A stretch of DNA of 64,000 bases, from the NCBI GenBank assembly GCA_033763455.1, contig JANRKO010000076.1, forward strand, positions 1 through 64,000. The letters are read 5' to 3'. Position 1 is the stretch's first letter. The number at the start of each line of letters is the position of its first letter. Below are positions 50,000 to 59,258 of the stretch, piece by piece. Below the pieces are notes generated by a model. It saw only the letters and a program-made list of their open reading frames with translations. It searched no databases and was not told where the DNA came from. This stretch comes from Polyangiaceae bacterium. GTDB lineage: Bacteria > Myxococcota_A > Polyangia > Polyangiales > Polyangiaceae. The position numbers were made by a program, and so were the translations under genes.

Positions 50000-51178
50000 T
50001 CAAGCCGTACCGCGAACTGACTTGAGCATCCACAGCGCCATCTTCTTGGCGAAGCGTTGACCACACACGAGGCCAGGCAAAGGATCCGCTGGGTTCATCC
50101 AGGCCGTTTCTTGAACGGTGCCGTAAGACTTCACCCACTTGAGGACGTCCAGCGTGCCTTCTTTGTAGTAGTTCAAACTGGAGACCAGATCGAAATCCTC
50201 GATTACCCAGCGCCGCCCTTCGATGGCGGGGCTCTCGGGTACGGCTTGGCCTGTAAGATCGAGGTAAAGGGCCCTCGCTACGTCCATGCCATTTTCGGCA
50301 ACGAAGATCCTCATCGCCTGGCCGAGCCGTGGATTGATATCCAAGACTTTGTATTGGCCGTCACGTGGATCTAGCCGATAGCCAATATCGAGGATGCCCT
50401 GGTAGCCCACCGCCTGCATGAGCCGGATGGTTTGATCGGCAACCGTTTGGTTGGTGCGGCACTCCCCGAGTGATGCGCAGCCTTTGTGCACCGGGAATTG
50501 GCGCAGCTTGTGGCCTGTATAGCCAGCCAAACACTTGCTCTGCGCGTTGAAGTACCCGTTGAAGATGTACACCTGGTCGTCATCCCCAGGGATCATTTCC
50601 TGCAGCATTAGGTTGGGGACTTCCGGGTCTTCGTACTTCTCATACTCCGAGACCAAATCCTCCCGCGCAGCAACGGGCACCATGCGCTCGCCCGTGCGCT
50701 CCTGCATGCGATCCCCGCGGATGCCTTTCAGCATGACGGGAAAGCGAAGGTCGTCGAGCGCCGCGATGACATCTTCGACGTTCTGAGGAAAAAGCGTGGT
50801 CGGCACGGGAACTTGGTGCTCGAGCGCAAGCTCATACATCCGGCGCTTGTCGGCCAAGCCATGCACCAAATCCCCAGAATTATACGGGAAGATGAAGTGC
50901 TCTCGAAGGGCTTCCCGGTTGCGCGCGACGAAGATCGAAAGCTCGTCGGACGTCGGAATGAGGATCGCTTTTCGCCCGATGTCGCGAGCGATTCGCAGCA
51001 GCAGCGCCAAGTAATCCTCGGGGGCGTTGCGATTGAACTGCTGGATATAGCTCTGCTTGCAGTAGCGCGAACGCAACGCGGGCGAGTCCGGATCGGCCTC
51101 AACAGCGTACAGATCAATACCATACGGCCCCAGGCTACGCAGGATAGCGTAGCCTCCGAGTTGACAGCAGATGATCAC
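50000..51178 (-). CDS. ATP-grasp carboxylate-amine ligase (D-aspartate ligase-like)
   Basis: AILRSLG, SRY, LIPTSD, DKRRMY, FPVMLK, QEMIPG, KLRQFP, DPRDGQYKVLDINPR. Confidence 0.85.
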   Translation of the reverse strand: MIICCQLGGYAILRSLGPYGIDLYAVEADPDSPALRSRYCKQSYIQQFNRNAPEDYLALLLRIARDIGRKAILIPTSDELSIFVARNREALREHFIFPYNSGDLVHGLADKRRMYELALEHQVPVPTTLFPQNVEDVIAALDDLRFPVMLKGIRGDRMQERTGERMVPVAAREDLVSEYEKYEDPEVPNLMLQEMIPGDDDQVYIFNGYFNAQSKCLAGYTGHKLRQFPVHKGCASLGECRTNQTVADQTIRLMQAVGYQGILDIGYRLDPRDGQYKVLDINPRLGQAMRIFVAENGMDVARALYLDLTGQAVPESPAIEGRRWVIEDFDLVSSLNYYKEGTLDVLKWVKSYGTVQETAWMNPADPLPGLVCGQRFAKKMALWMLKSVRGTA

Positions 51179-51240
51179 AACTGGGGTAGTTGTGTCGGCA
51201 ATGGGCGGTCGCTTGGAAGTCAGAGTGGGCTCTATTTGGC

Positions 51241-51978
51241 TTAGGATGCGTTGACGTCGACCATCGCTCCGCCCTTGAATATGGGCACCAGCTTAAGATC
51301 GTCGATGTTGCTCAGGACGAATTCAAGGTCGAAAACCTGACCTGAACGCCGCAAGTAGTCTGCGCTTTTGCCTTCGCGAATTGGTTGCAGATCGGAGTTG
51401 TGCCAACGGTCCACCAAGGCACGCGTTTTGTCGTCTTCAGCTTCGAATCCGGCAGCCAATAGCTTCTCTGCAATCCAGGCGCAACCAAGTTGATCTTCGC
51501 GTCGGAACTCGCCGCGTGTACCGGCACCGATAAGAGCCACCCGATCGTGGTGCCTTGCCAGGTGCTCGGCCATGGCGCTGTAGTTGCGTAGGCACCCGGC
51601 GTAGGTGGCGTCGCTATTCTTGGCGTCCAGCAGCAAAGGTACCCCAGAGGAAGAGGTCAAGATGATCGGCCGCTCCGGAGCCGTGAAAGCCCCACCGTTG
51701 ACGGTACTCAAAGCGGTTACCAAGACTGGGCTGTTGGTAAGATCATACCCGTACGGAACGTTCCCGCCGAGCTCACCGACGAGCAGCGGCTTATCGAGCA
51801 ACCGAGCCATGGCGGCGGCTTCATCGGTCGATCTCGCGGGATAGATGCGGCGACCCAGACTGAGGGCAGTTAGAAGAGTGGTCGTGGCGCGGATAACGTC
51901 CACGGCGACTACTGCGCAGCCTTTGCCATACTTTTCGGCACTGGCAGCGAAGCAGTCAATAACGACGGTGCGAGCCAT
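51241..51978 (-). CDS. comB: 2-phosphosulfolactate phosphatase
   Basis: VAVDVIRATTT, GELGG, YDLTNSP, LTSSSG, GCLRN, EDQLGC; directly downstream of comA. Confidence 0.85.
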   Translation of the reverse strand: MARTVVIDCFAASAEKYGKGCAVVAVDVIRATTTLLTALSLGRRIYPARSTDEAAAMARLLDKPLLVGELGGNVPYGYDLTNSPVLVTALSTVNGGAFTAPERPIILTSSSGVPLLLDAKNSDATYAGCLRNYSAMAEHLARHHDRVALIGAGTRGEFRREDQLGCAWIAEKLLAAGFEAEDDKTRALVDRWHNSDLQPIREGKSADYLRRSGQVFDLEFVLSNIDDLKLVPIFKGGAMVDVNAS

Positions 51979-52010
51979 ACAGCTAATTCCCTTGTGTTTC
52001 GAGTAGCGCG

Positions 52011-52820
52011 TTACTTCTTCGGACCGAGCGGCCGCAGGTTATCGCGTCGGAATGCATCAGAGTGTAGGCCGCGACGATAGATCTCCACGCGCAGCAGCTC
52101 TTCCAGCCGAATGTTGCACAAGCCCACTTCCGGACCGAAGTGATCCAGCAACGCGAACTGGCTGCGCTTGTTGGGAGCTTCGAACATGAGCTTGCTCATC
52201 CCAAGCGCCTCTACTAGCTCGTCCGCGCCGGCAGCGTTAAACTTCCCGGTGCTGTCGAAAAGGCCTACATCTTGCGCACTTTCGCGAGCTTCTACGACAA
52301 GCTCCACAGCGCCCGCACCCAGCCACTCTTTACCCTCTTCGATCAGCTCCTTGAGCTGTGCGGGGGTCATGGGCCCGGTGTGCTTCTCGCCGATTTCATA
52401 CTGCACCTCGAGGCCGATCTTCTCGCCCAGCCGACAGATCTCTGCGGGCTTGAGATTGGTGTGCGTGAAGCCTTGGCCGGCCTCAAAGCGCGTGAGGCCA
52501 ACGTCCTTGCACAACTCGAGGTACTTTTCGACGACGCCGAAGGTTGCGGCAACCTCAAAGGGCCCGCCGCCCGCGCAGGTCTTCACGCCCAGTCGATTGG
52601 CGGCTGCGATCTTCTTGCGAGTGGCAGCTTCGCCAGCGATTTGCCAGCACGCCATGGAGATCTTGAGCACCGACATGAGATGCGCGCTTTGCTCCAGATG
52701 GCTCTCCGTGGTCGCTGGATCGTACCCGGGGTCGAATGGGCTGGTCCGCTTCGGGAGCGACCGAACGCCAATCAATTGCAAGTAGGAGTTGAGACTGCCG
52801 GTATTGGTGGGTGATGTCAT
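52011..52820 (-). CDS. comA: Phosphosulfolactate synthase (divergent)
   Basis: DPG, GGGPFE, EIGEK, VVEARES, FEAPNKRSQ..FGPEVGLCNI, E.YRRGL.SD. Confidence 0.85.
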   Translation of the reverse strand: MTSPTNTGSLNSYLQLIGVRSLPKRTSPFDPGYDPATTESHLEQSAHLMSVLKISMACWQIAGEAATRKKIAAANRLGVKTCAGGGPFEVAATFGVVEKYLELCKDVGLTRFEAGQGFTHTNLKPAEICRLGEKIGLEVQYEIGEKHTGPMTPAQLKELIEEGKEWLGAGAVELVVEARESAQDVGLFDSTGKFNAAGADELVEALGMSKLMFEAPNKRSQFALLDHFGPEVGLCNIRLEELLRVEIYRRGLHSDAFRRDNLRPLGPKK

Positions 52821-52985
52821 GGTGTTACTCGACGAATCGGTGTTGCAAGGTCAGTGTCGCAGAGCGAAAGGAAGACCCAAGCTCGCGACGTACCATACGG
52901 CGACGCAGGCGGAGGACGCAAGAGCCACAACACGTGTGTACAAATGCGGCTTGCCAAGGATCGCGCCATGGAGCAGCCTCGTGAT

Positions 52986-53021
52986 GATAGGCTCGGGATA
53001 GAAAGAAGATAGGCTCGGGAT
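52986..53021. promoter_or_regulatory. 14-bp direct repeat GATAGGCTCGGGAT x2 (22-bp period) in divergent intergenic region
   Basis: Perfect copies at 52986-52999 and 53008-53021. Confidence 0.5.
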
Positions 53022-53046
53022 GAAACAGGCGCTGGTCGGCTAACAG

Positions 53047-54168
53047 ATGTCACGAGTTCTCTTGTTAAGTGATGAAGAAGCCAGGGGGCTTCTTTGGTGC
53101 GCCAAGTCCGGCGGCCACACCGTCTTCGTCGCGGGGGATGCGGCCAGGAACCGGGCACTTTCGGTGAGCCCCAAGTGCGACGGCTTCTTCGGGCTCCCGC
53201 CCGAGCTGTCGTTTGCCGAAGCCTCCCCGGAGCTGGCCGAGGAAGTGTTGCGGGTGGTTCTCCGCGAAAACATCGAGGTCGTCGTTCCGTCCAGCTTCGA
53301 AAGCTTGAAGTTCCTCGTCCTTCACCGCGCGCGCTTCGAACAGGTCACACGCCTAGTACCCCTGAGCGACCTAAGTATTATCGAAACCCTGGACGACAAG
53401 TTCAAGTTCTATGAGTTCTGCGTCGAGCACGGTCTACCGCACCCGCGCTCGCTCCTATTAGCAAGCGCCGAGGATCTCGAGAGCGGGCAGATTGAGAGCC
53501 TGGAGTTTCCGTTGCTGTCAAAGCCGTTGCTCGGTGCGGGGGAAAAAGGAATTGAGAAGTTCGAATCGCTTTCCGCCCTGCGTTCACGCGTCAAGAACGC
53601 GGAGCCTGGTTTTTTCCCGGTGCTGATTCAGGAATGGTTTGAAGGCGAGGACATCGACTTCAATGGCTACGCCCTGCACGGAAAGGTGGCCGTGTGGTCG
53701 GTCATGAAGACGACCTATTTCGGCCCATCGGCAGAGCCCGTTCGCTTGACGCAATTCGTGCGCAACGAACGCGTGGAAGCCCTGGGTCGGCAGATCGTCG
53801 AGCGGGCAGGGTTCACGGGCCCACTCAACGTGGACATGCGCATTCGCAAGAGTGATGGGCAGGTCCTTCTTATCGAAGTCAATCCGCGATTTTGGCACCG
53901 GAGCGTCACCTCGCTCATCGACGGGCTCAATTTCGTGGATGCTGCGATTCGGCTCAGCACCGATCCGGCGTGGCGTGCCAGTTCCAAGTGCGAAGAGGTC
54001 GAGTGGGCGTCGAGTATCGGGTTGTTGCTGCGCTCCGCGATACTGCAGCGGAACAAGGAGGCCTGGCAGCATTTGTCCCGGTTGAGCGGCGTGCAGCTCA
54101 GGTATCAGTTGCATGATAAGGCCGTGAACCTGTTGGCTCGGGCACGCGCGACGCTGCGACCGGCGTAG
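53047..54168 (+). CDS. ATP-grasp domain protein
   Basis: LDDKFKFYEF..GLPHP, FPLLSKPLLGAGEKGI, IQEWFEG, NVDMR, LLIEVNPRF. Confidence 0.85.
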   Translation: MSRVLLLSDEEARGLLWCAKSGGHTVFVAGDAARNRALSVSPKCDGFFGLPPELSFAEASPELAEEVLRVVLRENIEVVVPSSFESLKFLVLHRARFEQVTRLVPLSDLSIIETLDDKFKFYEFCVEHGLPHPRSLLLASAEDLESGQIESLEFPLLSKPLLGAGEKGIEKFESLSALRSRVKNAEPGFFPVLIQEWFEGEDIDFNGYALHGKVAVWSVMKTTYFGPSAEPVRLTQFVRNERVEALGRQIVERAGFTGPLNVDMRIRKSDGQVLLIEVNPRFWHRSVTSLIDGLNFVDAAIRLSTDPAWRASSKCEEVEWASSIGLLLRSAILQRNKEAWQHLSRLSGVQLRYQLHDKAVNLLARARATLRPA

Positions 54169-54179
54169 GCATTGGCTAT

Positions 54180-55304
54180 TTGAGGATGCGATCCGCTTTC
54201 GTGGGCAGAGCACTGACAGTCTTTCAGCGGTTGATGACCGCATTGGAGCGAGTGAGCGCGCCCGGGCTGCTGTTCACCGCCGCAGCCTTTCTACTGCTCA
54301 CGTTGTTTCCTTGGATGCCCTTGAATCCGTTCGCCGCTTCGCGCTTCGAGGAGGTGCCGGGCGGCGGTATTAGCTTCGAGAAGCCCAGCCTCTTTCGCTC
54401 GGCGTGGGCGCCTGATTTTGCGCGATCCGCCGCTATGCGCGAGGGCCGGCTCAGCGTGGAGTTCGATGTTCTGCCAACGTTCTTCGAGCAAGATGAGTCC
54501 TCGCGCATCCTTTCGTACTCCGCGGACGAGGCGAACCCCATCTTCACGATAGCCCAGCGCCGGGGCGATCTGCTGTTGGGCTACAAGAACGACAGCAATT
54601 ACGTGCTCGGCCTTTTCGAGTCGAACGTTCGCCATCACTACGTCCTAGTCCTCGAAGGTGGCCGCGTTCACGTTTACGTAGATGGGGCGCATTGGCGCAC
54701 CGAGCCGTTCTACGGGAAAGACATTCCTTGGGGTGAAGGCTTCATCTCCCTGGCCAATGAGATCACCGGGGATCGGCCATTCGTGGGGAACATCTATGGC
54801 CTGCGCCTGTTCGATCGGCCGCTGACGCCCACGGAGGCCTCGGGCCTTTTCCGCCGGGAGGTACCTCCGGTACCGCACCTGGCGCTACGGCATGATGTGA
54901 ATGGTCAGAAGCTGACCTTCGTAGGGTCAGGCCTCGCTGATCTTCCGCTCGAAGTTGAAGCTTGGCCGTTTATCTGGAAGTGGCGCTTGCCCCTGCCAGC
55001 GCCTGTCACCAATGCGCAATATTGGCTCGACGTTGTGCTCAATGTCATTGCAACCATGCCTGTCGGCGCCTGGGGCTTGGCATGGCTACTCCGGCGGGGT
55101 CGACCAGCCTGGCAAGGGATCCTGATGGCATCTGGGTTTCAGTTCGTGCTTTCGCTCCTGGCCGAAGCGTCCCAGTTCTTCTCCATGGGCTTCCGCTTTG
55201 GGAGCTGGCTCGACGTTGTAGTCAACGTGAGCGGCGCAGTGCTAGGAGGCGTGCTCTGGTTAGGCCTGACGCGAGGGCTCGCTCGATCCGAAGGCACCCG
55301 TTAG
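54180..55304 (+). CDS. VanZ-like membrane protein with inserted LamG-like domain
   Basis: TLFPW..; HHYVLV..VYVDG..LANE..F.G.I..LRLFDRPLT LamG; DVVLNVIATMPVG..AEASQ..DVVVNVSG VanZ. Confidence 0.75.
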   Translation: MRMRSAFVGRALTVFQRLMTALERVSAPGLLFTAAAFLLLTLFPWMPLNPFAASRFEEVPGGGISFEKPSLFRSAWAPDFARSAAMREGRLSVEFDVLPTFFEQDESSRILSYSADEANPIFTIAQRRGDLLLGYKNDSNYVLGLFESNVRHHYVLVLEGGRVHVYVDGAHWRTEPFYGKDIPWGEGFISLANEITGDRPFVGNIYGLRLFDRPLTPTEASGLFRREVPPVPHLALRHDVNGQKLTFVGSGLADLPLEVEAWPFIWKWRLPLPAPVTNAQYWLDVVLNVIATMPVGAWGLAWLLRRGRPAWQGILMASGFQFVLSLLAEASQFFSMGFRFGSWLDVVVNVSGAVLGGVLWLGLTRGLARSEGTR

Positions 55305-55316
55305 CGGAGGTAGAAC

Positions 55317-56234
55317 GTGGGTTGGAAACGAAAGTGGGCACAAGATACCTTGAAGGCGGCGCTGCCGTTTCAAGACTCATTGAGGCAGCTCAAACGCCGC
55401 CTCCTTCCATATCAGACCCATCCGGGCTTTGACGAGTTCACCTTCGAGCAGGGGCTTGAGCAGGTGCGGCTTTTGGCGGAGGCAGGTGCGCCGCTCGCGG
55501 GTAGAACGGTGCTTGAGTTGGGCACTGGCTGGCAACCTCTAATCCCTCTGCTGTACCGAGTTGCTGGCGCCGCGCACGTAACGCTCACCGATCAGGAGCG
55601 TTTGATGGACCCCCACACTGTGGCCAATGCCGCGGCCTTCTTGCGGCAGCGCCGTGCTCGAATCATCGAATGTCTTGGCTTGACGGAGGTGGACTTCGAA
55701 AAGCGGCTTCAGCTGCCTACCACCACGGATCTGAGCTCGCTGCTCGATCACCTCGACATGAGCTACCTGGTTCCGTACGAGATCGACCGTACGCCGACCG
55801 CTTCGGTGGACGTGGTGACCTCTCGCGCCGTGTTGGAGCATATTCCACCGAAGGTGATCGAGGGGCTCTTGGTCGGCTTCCGGAGGATTTTGAAGCCGGA
55901 GGGTGTCACCTGCCATATCGTCGATAATTCCGACCACTGGGAACACAAAGACAAGAGCATATCGCGCGTCAATTTCCTCAAGTTCGACGACTGGATGATC
56001 GGCGTCTTGGGCCTGAATGTGCAGAATTACCAGAACCGGTTGCGGCACTTCGAGTACTTGGAGTTGGTGCGTCGCGCGGGGTACGATGTGATCAAAGAGG
56101 TGGGTGTCGTAGATGAATCCGCGCTTGCCGCCGTCTCGGGTCTGAAGTTATGTGCGCGCTACGCTGACCGTTCGCCACAAGAGCTTGCGATTCTCACGTC
56201 TTACATCGTGGCACGGGTGCGCCCGCAAGCATGA
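55317..56234 (+). CDS. Class I SAM-dependent methyltransferase
   Basis: VLELGTGW, VDVVTSRAVLEHI, ILKPEG, VDNSDH, NRLR. Confidence 0.85.
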   Translation: MGWKRKWAQDTLKAALPFQDSLRQLKRRLLPYQTHPGFDEFTFEQGLEQVRLLAEAGAPLAGRTVLELGTGWQPLIPLLYRVAGAAHVTLTDQERLMDPHTVANAAAFLRQRRARIIECLGLTEVDFEKRLQLPTTTDLSSLLDHLDMSYLVPYEIDRTPTASVDVVTSRAVLEHIPPKVIEGLLVGFRRILKPEGVTCHIVDNSDHWEHKDKSISRVNFLKFDDWMIGVLGLNVQNYQNRLRHFEYLELVRRAGYDVIKEVGVVDESALAAVSGLKLCARYADRSPQELAILTSYIVARVRPQA

Positions 56235-56247
56235 GCCTACGACGGCG

Positions 56248-57279
56248 TTAGCCCATGTTGGGCAAGGTCAGCCGGGCCTGAAATAGTGCGAGCGGCTCAC
56301 TCTTATCCATAGCGAGCCTTTGGATGCCGAAGCGTTGCCCTCGCTGCAACCTACGGTTTATCCCGGTGTCGTTGCTGAAGCCGGCGCCGTAGCCGGCGTT
56401 GGCTACAGCCTGGCACAAGTCCGGACGCTCATCGATCACAAACCCGACAGGGTACGCAAGCGTGCGCACGGGTTTCCCCAATTCGCTCTCCAGCTTCATT
56501 CGGCAACCCAAGAGCTCTTCGCTCAGCTCGGTTGGCGTGAGGGTTTGCAGGACGCGATGGCTGCGGGTGTGGCCCTCCACGTCCATTCCCGCACTTGAGA
56601 GCTCACGAATCTCGTCCCAAGTCATGATAAGCTCGTCGGCGAGAATGCGTTCTCGCTCCCGGTCGAGCGGCACCTTCGCGCGTTCAGCAAGGTGTGTGAC
56701 GAAGGTGCGCACGTCGATGCCGTAGGTTTCTTTTGCCAACCGGAGCAGGAGCGCAATGCTGGCCGTCCGGTCGCTCAAGTCGAGCCGCAGCGGATTCGGG
56801 TAGCTCAACTCGATAGCCGCCTCAGTGGTGCTCTTGAAGACGTAATGGATGATGTCCCACCAGAAGAGGCGCCGTTCCTCGACGTAATCGGTGGCAATAA
56901 AGAACGTCGCAGGCAGCCCGTGGCGTTGCAGCAGGGGAAATGCGACTTTGTGGCAGCTTTTGTAGCCGTCATCGAACGTAATGAGCACAGCGTTGGGTGG
57001 GAGCCGGCCGCCCCCAAGCGCAGAAAGTACGTCGTCTATCCGAACCACACTGCAGTGTTTGCGCAGTATCCTAAGCTGTGCGTCGAAGCTTTCGGCGGTC
57101 GCGTCCACAACTTCCGGGTCAAAGGGGTAATCGGGCCTAACCGTCCCCACGCTGTGGTACGTGAGCACCGTCAGGGATTGCGCGCCGCTCAGCCGCCGAA
57201 GACGAAAAGCGGCGTCGAGCGCCCCGAGTCGACCCAAAGTTGTGGCCAAGAGTGCTTTTTTTCCTCTGATCGGGGGCAT
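56248..57279 (-). CDS. Polysaccharide deacetylase (NodB/IcaB-like)
   Basis: LTYH, LITFDDGY, MTWDEIREL, GHTRSH, LAYPVG. Confidence 0.9.
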   Translation of the reverse strand: MPPIRGKKALLATTLGRLGALDAAFRLRRLSGAQSLTVLTYHSVGTVRPDYPFDPEVVDATAESFDAQLRILRKHCSVVRIDDVLSALGGGRLPPNAVLITFDDGYKSCHKVAFPLLQRHGLPATFFIATDYVEERRLFWWDIIHYVFKSTTEAAIELSYPNPLRLDLSDRTASIALLLRLAKETYGIDVRTFVTHLAERAKVPLDRERERILADELIMTWDEIRELSSAGMDVEGHTRSHRVLQTLTPTELSEELLGCRMKLESELGKPVRTLAYPVGFVIDERPDLCQAVANAGYGAGFSNDTGINRRLQRGQRFGIQRLAMDKSEPLALFQARLTLPNMG

Positions 57280-57416
57280 GGAATTTCATGGTTATAGCGG
57301 TTTTTTCGAGCGCCGTAGCCCCCATGAGGCTCGGCTTGGATACCCGAATGCAAAGAAATCCACGCGGTGACTTCGTGTGAATCCTCCCTTGCAGCGCAAA
57401 AGTCGCCGTACTAACG

Positions 57417-59210
57417 ATGTTAAGGATGGCGCAGGATGTTCCGAGCACAAGTCGGCGGCCTCCGCCCGTGCAGGTGCTTGGTGAGCGGCTCGGGGGAGGC
57501 AAGAGGCATCGCGCATTTCTTGAAGTTCGCAGCGATGCGAACAACGAGCAAAGCGTGGTCGGCTTGGTGCCTGGCCGCCATGTGGTTGGGCGCAACGCGG
57601 ATCTCCACATTCATCTTCCGCACCATAGCGTGTCTCGAATCCATGCCGAGTTCGTTTCCGATCCATCCGAACGCTGGTGGATTCATGACCTTGGGAGCAC
57701 CAACGGCACCTACGTGAATGGAACGCCGATCGGGCAACGGCTGCTCAGTCCGGGTGACGTTATCGTGGTTGGCGAATACACCCTCCGCTACCGAGTTCCG
57801 TCCGAGGAGGGCCAGGACATCAATCGAACCATGCCGCCACCCGGCCTGGGTCATGACATGACCCCGGCTACCATGCGGTTCAGAGCTGTCAGCGAGACGG
57901 ATTTGGCTGGCCTGAGACTGCTGACTGCCAGCGAATTCGCGAGAGAGGTGATTGAGCTTGAGGACAAACGTGCGCGCCTGAAGCGCCTTTGCGAGTACAT
58001 GATTGGGGACACGTTGAGTGGCTTGTGTGCTTGTGTTGCACGGCTCCGCCAGGGGGCCCGGCCGCAGATCCATACTGGCCCCTACAATCGGCCGCTGGTG
58101 GTCAGCGAGGGTTCGATGAGAACTCGGAGCCAGCTGGAAGATATGCTGGCGATTGACCAGGAAGAATTCTTTCGCCAGCCCAACGTTACCCACCCCCTCT
58201 CCACCAGAACGGGTGCGGCAGGCAGCATTCTCATCCTAGGCTGCACCATTGATGCGGTCGATGAGGGCTACGATGTGCTGTTTGTGGAGCTCCAGGGCTT
58301 CTGCATCGCCTCGGAATGGAGCCCTCTTCTGAGCTTGTTCGCCGATAGCTACCGTCAGGCCAATGTGGTCTGGGAAATGCGGCAGCATGCGCGGCTGACC
58401 GCCATGGTGGATCGCGAATTGGAAATGGCACGCCAGATCCAGGAAAGCCTCGTCCCCAAAGCGCCACATATCGAAGGCTTGGATCTTTCGATTGGGTTTG
58501 AGCCCTGCCAGTGGGTGGGGGGAGATTACGTGGACGCCGTGCGACTGGCAGACGGTCGGGTGCTGCTCATCATGGCGGACGTTTGCGGCAAGGGCCTTCA
58601 AGCGTCGCTCATTGCTTCAAGCTTGCACACGTTTGTCCATGCGCTCTCGGATGCAGATCTACAGCTGCCGGAGCTCGTGGACAGGATGAATAAATATCTT
58701 TGCCACTACCTGCCGGAACACTCCTTCGTTACCGCGGTGTGCATTGCGTTCGATTCCAAGAGCGGTCGGCTTGAGTGCCTGAATGCCGGGCATCCGCCCG
58801 CTATCCTCGTCTCATCCACAGGTAGCGTTCGGTTCTTGCAGTCTGGCGACAACGTCGCCCTGGGCATGATGGAGGACATGCGGCCCGTCGCCGAAAGCTA
58901 CGATATGGACTTTGGTGACGTCCTCTTACTTTACACCGACGGCGTAACCGAAGCTGAGGATTCGAACCGAGCACCGTTGGGTGGGAACCGGATAGCGACT
59001 GAATTCGCGCGTATCGTGTCCGATCTTCCGGATGCCCCTGCCGATACCATGCAGCGTCGCCTTTCCCAGACGGTGACGATGCATCGCGGCTCCTCCATGG
59101 CGGCCGATGACACCACCTTGCTCATTGCCAGGCGCAGCCGCCCAAGCGGGGCGCCCCGCGCGAGCAACCAAGAAGGCCGTACCAGTCGGCCCCCACCCAA
59201 GCCGCTGTAG
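57417..59210 (+). CDS. FHA + PP2C (SpoIIE/RsbU-type) phosphatase
   Basis: VGR..SVSRIHA..DLGSTNGT; ELEMARQIQ, VGGDYVD, ADVCGKG, NAGHPP, LYTDGVTE, DDTT. Confidence 0.9.
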   Translation: MLRMAQDVPSTSRRPPPVQVLGERLGGGKRHRAFLEVRSDANNEQSVVGLVPGRHVVGRNADLHIHLPHHSVSRIHAEFVSDPSERWWIHDLGSTNGTYVNGTPIGQRLLSPGDVIVVGEYTLRYRVPSEEGQDINRTMPPPGLGHDMTPATMRFRAVSETDLAGLRLLTASEFAREVIELEDKRARLKRLCEYMIGDTLSGLCACVARLRQGARPQIHTGPYNRPLVVSEGSMRTRSQLEDMLAIDQEEFFRQPNVTHPLSTRTGAAGSILILGCTIDAVDEGYDVLFVELQGFCIASEWSPLLSLFADSYRQANVVWEMRQHARLTAMVDRELEMARQIQESLVPKAPHIEGLDLSIGFEPCQWVGGDYVDAVRLADGRVLLIMADVCGKGLQASLIASSLHTFVHALSDADLQLPELVDRMNKYLCHYLPEHSFVTAVCIAFDSKSGRLECLNAGHPPAILVSSTGSVRFLQSGDNVALGMMEDMRPVAESYDMDFGDVLLLYTDGVTEAEDSNRAPLGGNRIATEFARIVSDLPDAPADTMQRRLSQTVTMHRGSSMAADDTTLLIARRSRPSGAPRASNQEGRTSRPPPKPL

Positions 59211-59258
59211 CGAAATCGCGCGTGCGCACTGGAGCAGACACACCTAGGCTCCGTTTCC

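Noticed and set aside
51241..52820. Coenzyme M biosynthesis / methanogen origin
   Set aside because: No comC, comD/E or alkene-metabolism genes in the window; context is a bacterial polysaccharide locus
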